Source of the DNA: Mucisphaera calidilacus
GTDB lineage: Bacteria; Planctomycetota; Phycisphaerae; Phycisphaerales; Phycisphaeraceae
Direction of reading: 5' to 3'
NCBI RefSeq assembly: GCF_007748075.1
Contig: NZ_CP036280.1
Coordinates: forward strand, 3,420,001-3,452,000
DNA length: 32,000 bases
Below, in pieces: positions 26,483 to 32,000 of the stretch. A program made the position numbers and the translations under genes. A model generated the notes under the pieces. It did no database searches. It saw nothing but the letters and a program-made list of their open reading frames with translations, and was not told the DNA's origin. Every line of letters begins with the position of its first letter. The stretch's first letter is position 1.

Positions 26483-27577
26483 CTAGGCATCCTCGGGCGG
26501 CGCCGACGCCGAGTCACGCGCAATCAGATGCGTCCGCAACACCGTGTCCGCCACCGTCGGCATCGAACCGCCATCCAGCAACCGAACCATCGTGTCCACC
26601 GCCACACGACCCAGATCCACCAGCGGCTGATGGATCGTCGTCAGCCGAGGCGACAAGTGCTCCGCGCTCGGCGGATCGTCCACCGCCACCACCGAAAGAT
26701 CCTCCGGCACACGCAGATTCATACGACCCGCAACCTCATAAACATCCAACGCCAGGTAATATCCCGCCGCGAAAATCGCCGTCGGACGATCCTTCGACTC
26801 CAGAATCCCCACCAGACGATCCTTGTCCTCCGACGCCAGACGCCAACTCGACGCTTCCACCGTCCGGTCCCCTGACACCGCAATGTCCAGACGCTTGCAG
26901 ATCTCATCAAAACCGCGCCGACGATCACGCGTGTCCGACAAGTCATTCATCCCGCCGACATACGCAATCCGACGATGACCCAGATGGTGCAGGTACTCCA
27001 CCGCCTGACGACTCACGTCATGATTGTCAATCCCCACCGACGCGATCGTCGACACCGACGAACGAGCACCAATCACCAGCATCGGCGCACGACCGTCAAC
27101 CTCCGCCGACAACTCCTCGATGTGCTGGTCGGGCGGATTGATCAGCAAAAAACCCTTGCAGTTCGGCGGCTGACGCGTGCCCCACGGCAGAATCGTCGGC
27201 TCAATCAGCGAATCGTCCGAACGCTGACGTATCCCCTCCAGAACCTGACCGTGGTAGTAGTCCGCGATCGACGCCTGCTCATTAAACAACACGCCAATCC
27301 GACGCAGCTGCCTCGGACGATCCTTCCGGTCAATCACAAACGTACCGCGGCCCTGACGACGATCCAGAATCCCGATCGACACCAGATCCTGCAACGCTCG
27401 GTGCGCCGTCACCAGCGACACCGACAGCTGCTGACTCAACTCCTTCGTCGACGGGATACGCTCGCCCGCGCGAAACACCCCCGCGTCAATCGCCGCGATC
27501 ACCGCCTCCTTCACCGTCTCGTAAAGAGGACGTCCCTGCTGAGGCTTCACCGGCTTGAGTTGCTGATCGTCAGTCAC
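26483..27577 (-). CDS. GntR-family regulator of the AraR subfamily (GntR winged-HTH + LacI/PBP1-type sugar-binding domain)
   Basis: N-terminal GntR HTH: PLYETVKEAVIAAIDAGVFRAGERIPSTKELSQQLSVSLVTAHRALQDLVSIGILDRRQGRGTFV. The C-terminal 270 aa are LacI/periplasmic-binding-like (IGVLFN..., RIAYVGG, PTAIFAAGYYLALDVYEVAGRMNLRVPEDLSVVAVDD). GTG 27577 is preceded by ggag and overlaps the upstream stop by 8 nt. The listed ATG 27655 would overlap by 86 nt. Confidence 0.8.
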   Translation of the reverse strand: MTDDQQLKPVKPQQGRPLYETVKEAVIAAIDAGVFRAGERIPSTKELSQQLSVSLVTAHRALQDLVSIGILDRRQGRGTFVIDRKDRPRQLRRIGVLFNEQASIADYYHGQVLEGIRQRSDDSLIEPTILPWGTRQPPNCKGFLLINPPDQHIEELSAEVDGRAPMLVIGARSSVSTIASVGIDNHDVSRQAVEYLHHLGHRRIAYVGGMNDLSDTRDRRRGFDEICKRLDIAVSGDRTVEASSWRLASEDKDRLVGILESKDRPTAIFAAGYYLALDVYEVAGRMNLRVPEDLSVVAVDDPPSAEHLSPRLTTIHQPLVDLGRVAVDTMVRLLDGGSMPTVADTVLRTHLIARDSASAPPEDA

Positions 27578-28523
27578 GCGCGTCTCCGTTATCTTGCTCG
27601 GTGACCACACGGATGCCCAGGTGGTTGGCCACCGAACGCCACCCCTTGGCATCACTGGGCATGTTCGTCACAGGCGGCTCGTCCGTACCCAGCCACGCGC
27701 CGCGATCAAAATAAAACGACGACGACCCGCCACCATCCAGATTGATCGCCGTCATCGCGCCCGCATCAATCATGATCTCCGCCAGCTCAGGCAGCGTCAC
27801 ACCAATGCTCCACCCCGCGCGACGACCATCAATCACCGCGATGATCAGCGTCCGGCCCGAAGCATCCGTGCCCACCGCCGTCCGAGGATGACGACGAGCC
27901 GGCGCCACACGCGCCGTCGCGCCCGTGTTCGCATAACCCGTCACCAGCAACCCATCCGTCTCGCCCACCTCCGCATGTCCACCAACCCCGGCAACCCCGT
28001 CCTCGATCTCAGGAACCATCGCCGCGTCCACCGGACCGATGTAGATCGTCCCGTCACGCAGCACCGCCACCGCCGGGTCCGCCGGATAACCCTCCACCTC
28101 GCGAGGCGGCGAAACCACCACCCCATCATTCACCGACAAACCCAGAATGTCCGTCCCGCCCTCCTTCATGAACGCATAAAAGTTGGCGTTGATCGCCAGC
28201 ACCGCACCCGTCTCCTGGGCCCATTCGTTCGTCGGCTGGTTCGACGCCTCCGCCGCCGGGTTACCCCCGTGACCCTCAGGCAAAGGCGACGTCGTGATCA
28301 CCTCCAACGCCGGGTCCGTCAGATCCACCCACGCCAGATAACCCCGGATCGGCCCGTCCGCCGTCTCCGCGAAATAAGCCTCCGTACGGATCGACGCCGA
28401 CTCCGGCACCGGCAACGGCTCAGGCGCCACCACCTCCGCCGGTTGCGACCGGCAGCCGGCAAGCACCACCACCACACAAAGGCAGGCCGCTAAACGCTCA
28501 AGCCGCATCAAACTCAAAAACAT
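27570..28523 (-). CDS. Phosphodiester glycosidase family lipoprotein (DUF2233/NAGPA-like)
   Basis: AINANFY, GLSVNDGVVVS, PRTAVGTDASGRTLIIAVIDGRR...GVTLPELAEIM and AINLDGGGSSSFYF are the family signature. ATG 28523 is preceded by agaggtgg. The signal peptide has the lipobox VVLAGC. Confidence 0.8.
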   Translation of the reverse strand: MFLSLMRLERLAACLCVVVVLAGCRSQPAEVVAPEPLPVPESASIRTEAYFAETADGPIRGYLAWVDLTDPALEVITTSPLPEGHGGNPAAEASNQPTNEWAQETGAVLAINANFYAFMKEGGTDILGLSVNDGVVVSPPREVEGYPADPAVAVLRDGTIYIGPVDAAMVPEIEDGVAGVGGHAEVGETDGLLVTGYANTGATARVAPARRHPRTAVGTDASGRTLIIAVIDGRRAGWSIGVTLPELAEIMIDAGAMTAINLDGGGSSSFYFDRGAWLGTDEPPVTNMPSDAKGWRSVANHLGIRVVTEQDNGDARD

Positions 28524-28618
28524 CAAACCACCTCTGTGTGAATCGCCGCGCAGACACCACGGTCGGAACTGACAGATCAAGCCCTAGTCTAACGACTCTC
28601 TATTGATCGGGTTAGCGC

Positions 28619-29575
28619 TTACAGCCGAAGGCCGTCGCGGTGAATCGCCGTGAACACCGCCTCAAACGCGCGCATCGTGTTCACGTGCGCCTCGGGCAAC
28701 GTCCCCTGATGATAAACCCCGAACACATAGTGCTCGTCCATCTGCACGTCGTAGATATACCCCACCTCCGAAACCGCACCCGTCCCAGGCCACCAGCCCG
28801 GCTTGTTCAGCGTCACGAACGCCGGATGACCCGCCAGCTTCCCCGTCACCTCCCCCAAACCCTCCGCAACATAAGAATGATTCGTCAGACTCAGCCAGTT
28901 CGGCAAATGGTTATAGAACGTTGTCCCGCGAACATCCGGGCCCGCCAGCACCGCCGCCGCCAGGCGACAGAAATCGTCCGTCGTGTACACGTTCGACCGC
29001 GTCTTGACCCCCGACGTCTCCGGCTCCGCATCAAACGCCGGCCGCTCCGGAATCGTCGTCACCACTTCCCCGCCCCGGTACGCCTTGATGACCCGGCTGT
29101 GCGAATACGCCGGCCTGCGGAAGTGCCGACGCACGATGCTGTCCTTGATCCCCCACGACCGCATCGCCTCGTGCGTCTCACGCGTCCCCACCAGCTCGTG
29201 CAGCGTGCAGAAACCCGAATTGCTCGATAACACGATCGTCGACGCCAGCAGACGACGCAGCGAGATCGGCAGGTCGTCGCCCACCTCGATCACCGTGTCC
29301 AGATCCCACCCATACCGATCCATCACCCCGAGCGCCAACGCGACCGTCGCCAGCTTGATCGTCGACGCCGGGTAAAACTCCAACGACCCCGTGTCACGCC
29401 ACCGCGCCGCCCGAACCGTCGCCGTCTCGCGATCCACACGCGCCAGCGTCAACGCCGAACCCTCAGGCAGATCAACCAACTCGTCAAGCCCCGCCGCCGA
29501 AGCCTCCAGCACGATCGGCAGCGACACCTCGGGCAGGTCCAGCCAGGGCGACGACGGATCCGTCAACGCGCCCAT
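28619..29575 (-). CDS. Serine hydrolase, class A beta-lactamase/PBP-like fold
   Basis: FYPASTIKLATVALAL (SxxK), VLSSNSG (SxN-like) and NKPGWWPG (KxG-like) sit at class A-like spacing. The ATG at 29575 shares one nucleotide with the stop codon of the upstream amidase gene. Confidence 0.65.
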   Translation of the reverse strand: MGALTDPSSPWLDLPEVSLPIVLEASAAGLDELVDLPEGSALTLARVDRETATVRAARWRDTGSLEFYPASTIKLATVALALGVMDRYGWDLDTVIEVGDDLPISLRRLLASTIVLSSNSGFCTLHELVGTRETHEAMRSWGIKDSIVRRHFRRPAYSHSRVIKAYRGGEVVTTIPERPAFDAEPETSGVKTRSNVYTTDDFCRLAAAVLAGPDVRGTTFYNHLPNWLSLTNHSYVAEGLGEVTGKLAGHPAFVTLNKPGWWPGTGAVSEVGYIYDVQMDEHYVFGVYHQGTLPEAHVNTMRAFEAVFTAIHRDGLRL

Positions 29576-30855
29576 CAGTACGACTGCCCCGCCGCATGAT
29601 TCGTGTGACGCGGACGACCCGCCGGCTCCACCACCGGCTCCTCACCCGTCAGGTCCAGCCGGAAACGCTGCGGATAATTGTGATGCTTGTGGTAGTTCGC
29701 GTGATGGACCATCAGCGTCCGAACGTTCGGCTTGTCCGCCTCCGCCTCAGGCACCGCGCACGTCGCATGCAGCACCTTCGTCGCCGGGTCATACGTGTGC
29801 GGCACCGCCACCCCGTCAATCGTCACACGCATCGTCGACGACAGAATCCGCTGCCGATCACTACCCCACCAGCCAGGCATCCCGTCATCCAAAGTCGTCT
29901 CGATCTTCAGCTCCGATTCCGCCACCGTCGCGACCGGAAGCGACTGCGTCGGACGGCCGCCATACGCATAGTCCACCAGGCCCAGGTAGATGCCGTAGGC
30001 CTCCTTGAGGTTGTAGTGGGGGTCACGCAGACGCTGCTCCTCACGCGGGTGCGTGAAGAACGACAGCTCCAGCAGCACCGCCGGCACCTTCGTGTAACGC
30101 ATCACGCCAAAGCCGCTCTCGTACATCAGCTGATCCGACAGCAAAGGCGACGTCAGACCCGCCTGATACGTCTGCATCGTCCGGAACGTGTTGAACGCGA
30201 TGTGCCGCGCCACGTCCAGCTCAACCTCCGCCCAGTCCGACTCGCCGTGGTACCAGATCGACGTGAAGTTCGCCGTCGGCCGAGACGCGTTGTGATGAAT
30301 CGAAATAAACAGGTCCGCACCCACGCCGCCGTCCGGCCGCTCAATGTTGTTCGCAAACTCCGCACGCCGCTTGAGCGTCCCCTTCACCGCATCGTTCGCC
30401 ACCTCGGAGGTCTCGCCCTCACGCGTCAGATGAACCACGCAACCCGCCTGCTCCAGAAGCTCTCGCAGCAAAAACGCCACACGCAGGTTCATCTCCGCCT
30501 CACGCACGCCCGTCGGGCCACGCTTGTAACCCGCCACGTCCGCCTTGCCGCCATGCCCCGGGTCCAGCACGATCACCATCCCCTCGAGGTACTTCTCAGC
30601 AGGGTGCCTCGGGATCGGCAGGTAAACCCCGTCCGGGTCCCACGCGTCACGATCCTGCAGCCGCGCCATCGCCTCCTCCAGCGGCGCCGGCTCCCAACCC
30701 TCCTCGCCGAACGCCGGCGGCTCCACCACCACCGGCTCAGGTTCCGGCTCCGGCATCGGCTTGGGCTGACACGCAAACAACGAGAACACCAGTCCAACGG
30801 CAACAAGACCGAAAAAAGCGGCTCGCAGCGAACGGAAGGGGTAGTTTGTGGGCAT
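29575..30855 (-). CDS. N-acetylmuramoyl-L-alanine amidase (Amidase_3 family) lipoprotein with C-terminal extension
   Basis: VIVLDPGHGGKADVAGY, EAEMNLRVAFLLRELL, ADLFISIHHNAS and PAVLLELSFFTHPREEQ are Amidase_3 motifs. The N-terminal signal has the lipobox-like SLFAC. About 130 aa beyond the catalytic domain are unassigned. Confidence 0.85.
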   Translation of the reverse strand: MPTNYPFRSLRAAFFGLVAVGLVFSLFACQPKPMPEPEPEPVVVEPPAFGEEGWEPAPLEEAMARLQDRDAWDPDGVYLPIPRHPAEKYLEGMVIVLDPGHGGKADVAGYKRGPTGVREAEMNLRVAFLLRELLEQAGCVVHLTREGETSEVANDAVKGTLKRRAEFANNIERPDGGVGADLFISIHHNASRPTANFTSIWYHGESDWAEVELDVARHIAFNTFRTMQTYQAGLTSPLLSDQLMYESGFGVMRYTKVPAVLLELSFFTHPREEQRLRDPHYNLKEAYGIYLGLVDYAYGGRPTQSLPVATVAESELKIETTLDDGMPGWWGSDRQRILSSTMRVTIDGVAVPHTYDPATKVLHATCAVPEAEADKPNVRTLMVHHANYHKHHNYPQRFRLDLTGEEPVVEPAGRPRHTNHAAGQSY

Positions 30856-30872
30856 GGCTTGCCTCCGGGCGA

Positions 30873-30888
30873 AGTCTTACATAAGAAT
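30873..30888. promoter_or_regulatory. AGTCTT-ACAT-AAGAAT motif in the divergent amidase/GHL10 promoter region (candidate operator)
   Basis: CTTACATAAG has the inner palindrome CTTA-CA-TAAG and the same CTT-N4-AAG core as the sites at 25045 and 26377. It matches the 26377 site at 11 of 16 positions. It lies 53-68 nt upstream of ATG 30941 and 18-33 nt upstream of the amidase ATG. Confidence 0.25.
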
Positions 30889-30940
30889 AGGTCTACACTG
30901 TATCGCGTTGCATCCTAACCCGTCATCGTGGAGGTTGTTC

Positions 30941-32000
30941 ATGTCACGTCTTCTCATCCTCTGTCTGGTGCTGATCATGAGTCCACTTGTCCGAGCCGAG
31001 GCCCAGCCCGAAGTCCGCGGCACCTGGATGACCACCACCGCCAACGACGCCATCGCCGACCCCGCCAACACCGCCGAGAGCATGAAACGCCTCCGCGCCA
31101 TCGGCCTCAATACCGTCTACGTCGAGACCTGGAAGAACGGCTACACCCAGTTCCCCTCCCGGGTCCTGCTCGACACCGTCGGCGTCGACCGGCGGCCCGC
31201 CCTCGTCAAGGCCGACCCCAGCGACTCCGACGAGAGCGCCGCCTCCGCCGGCCGCGACCTGCTCCAGGAAACCCTCATCGAGGCCCACCGCAACGGACTC
31301 ATCTACGTCGCGTGGTTCGAGTACGGCTTCATGGCCTCTTATAAAGACACCGACAACCACCTCCGACGCCTCAAGCCCGAGTGGCTCACCAACACCGCCG
31401 AAGGTGAGCAGGTCTCCAGCCAGAACCCCTTCGTCTGGATGAACCCGCTCCACCCCGAGGTCCGCGACTTCCTCATGGGCATCATGCTCGAGGCCGTCGA
31501 CAAGTACGACCTCGACGGCGTCCAGCTCGACGACCGCATCGCCTGGCCCGTGACCATGGGCTACGACCCCTACACCATCGAGCAGTACAAGCTCGAGCAC
31601 GACGGCGCCGCGCCGCCCGCCGATCCGCGCGACCCGGACTGGGTCCGCTGGCGTGCCGAGAAGGTCGGCGACTTCGCCGAGCGCTTCTACCGCGAGCTCA
31701 AGCAGAAGCGGCCGCACCTGCTGGTTTCGATCAGCCCGGCGATCTATCCCTGGAGTCTGGAGAACTACGCGTGCGACTGGAAGACGTGGTCGCGGCGGGG
31801 TTGGATGGATGAGTACCTGCCGCAGATATACCGCTTCAATTACGAGACTTATGAGCGTGACTGGCCGGCTCAGATGGACGCGGCGGGCCCGGACCGGCTG
31901 ATGGACCTGATCGCGGGCATCCGCGTGGTGGGCGAGGGGCCGGACACGACGTGGCCGGAGATGGTGCAGAAGATGAACCTGCCCCGCACGACCGGCGCGG
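30941..32000 (+). CDS. Glycoside hydrolase-like family 10 (GHL10/DUF187, YngK-like) secreted protein, 3' end outside window
   Basis: This ORF is not in the supplied track because it has no stop within the window. ATG 30941 is preceded by gtggagg. I translated it by hand to nt 32000 with no stop. Signal peptide MSRLLILCLVLIMSPLVRAEA, then VRGTWMTTTANDAI...MKRLRAIGLNTVYVETWKNGYTQFPS, LIYVAWFEYGF and GVQLDDRIAWP, typical of PF02638-type hydrolases. Confidence 0.8.
   Translation, partial: MSRLLILCLVLIMSPLVRAEAQPEVRGTWMTTTANDAIADPANTAESMKRLRAIGLNTVYVETWKNGYTQFPSRVLLDTVGVDRRPALVKADPSDSDESAASAGRDLLQETLIEAHRNGLIYVAWFEYGFMASYKDTDNHLRRLKPEWLTNTAEGEQVSSQNPFVWMNPLHPEVRDFLMGIMLEAVDKYDLDGVQLDDRIAWPVTMGYDPYTIEQYKLEHDGAAPPADPRDPDWVRWRAEKVGDFAERFYRELKQKRPHLLVSISPAIYPWSLENYACDWKTWSRRGWMDEYLPQIYRFNYETYERDWPAQMDAAGPDRLMDLIAGIRVVGEGPDTTWPEMVQKMNLPRTTGA

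Noticed and set aside
5679-30918. Very long plus-strand ORFs antisense to minus-strand genes (5679..6641, 6687..7766, 10139..11737, 16439..18292, 18246..19346, 20601..22496, 23803..24948, 25646..26371, 27594..28493, 28640..29230, 29596..30918).
   Set aside because: Their translations are monotonous R/P/H/T/Q-rich low complexity with no recognisable motifs. Each fully overlaps a minus-strand gene with clear family signatures. They follow from the T/G-poor plus strand having few stop codons.
30877-31717. Minus-strand ORFs 30877..31110 and 30944..31717 opposite the GHL10 gene.
   Set aside because: They are antisense to a plus-strand frame with a signal peptide, a Shine-Dalgarno sequence and GHL10 motifs. 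Their translations are G/V/D/E/A-rich low complexity.
1-32000. Search for CRISPR arrays, tRNA/rRNA genes, transposases, integrases, reverse transcriptases and long direct or inverted repeats.
   Set aside because: Reading every intergenic spacer and the ORF translations turned up none. The only repeats seen are the in-frame 87-nt dockerin-like duplication and short palindromes. Detection by eye of dispersed repeats shorter than about 15 nt is unreliable.

Overview
High-GC bacterial chromosomal segment (about 63-75% G+C on hand-sampled lines) with about 31 protein-coding genes. I see no rRNA, tRNA, CRISPR array, transposase or integrase. A DUF1559-type prepilin-like gene, two PEP-CTERM proteins with dockerin-like repeats, and an FtsQ-like gene suggest Planctomycetota, possibly Phycisphaerae-like; this is inference only. 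Nt 1-15250 is mixed-orientation housekeeping: ftsQ-like, greA, a secreted TPR protein, a GAF-PP2C phosphatase, acylphosphatase, S41 peptidase, YebC, a C45 hydrolase, DinB, a decayed zeta-toxin locus, GNAT, a DoxX-CBM fusion, a QueD-like gene, Hsp70 and PgeF. Nt 15235-30855 is entirely minus-strand. It holds acetyltransferase-GT2-bioA-ROK-DdpX-symporter, then a pseudopilin, two paralogous PEP-CTERM genes, and an AraR-type regulator operon with phosphodiester glycosidase, serine hydrolase and MurNAc-L-Ala amidase. A GHL10 hydrolase gene diverges from that operon and runs off the 3' end. All product calls come from motif recall; no searches were run. Main second-look items: (1) the given strand is strongly C>G whatever the gene orientation, so plus- and minus-strand genes use opposite synonymous codon sets; (2) this polarity flips within about 100 nt inside the intact GHL10 CDS at about 31610-31700; (3) an orphan promoter-hairpin-terminator unit in an AT-rich spacer (11864-11985) is a candidate sRNA; (4) low-GC, weak-skew islands coincide with accessory pieces (symporter insert, pseudopilin, toxin remnant); (5) a CTT-N4-AAG palindrome recurs in three promoter regions around the AraR-type regulator of a putative cell-wall processing locus.
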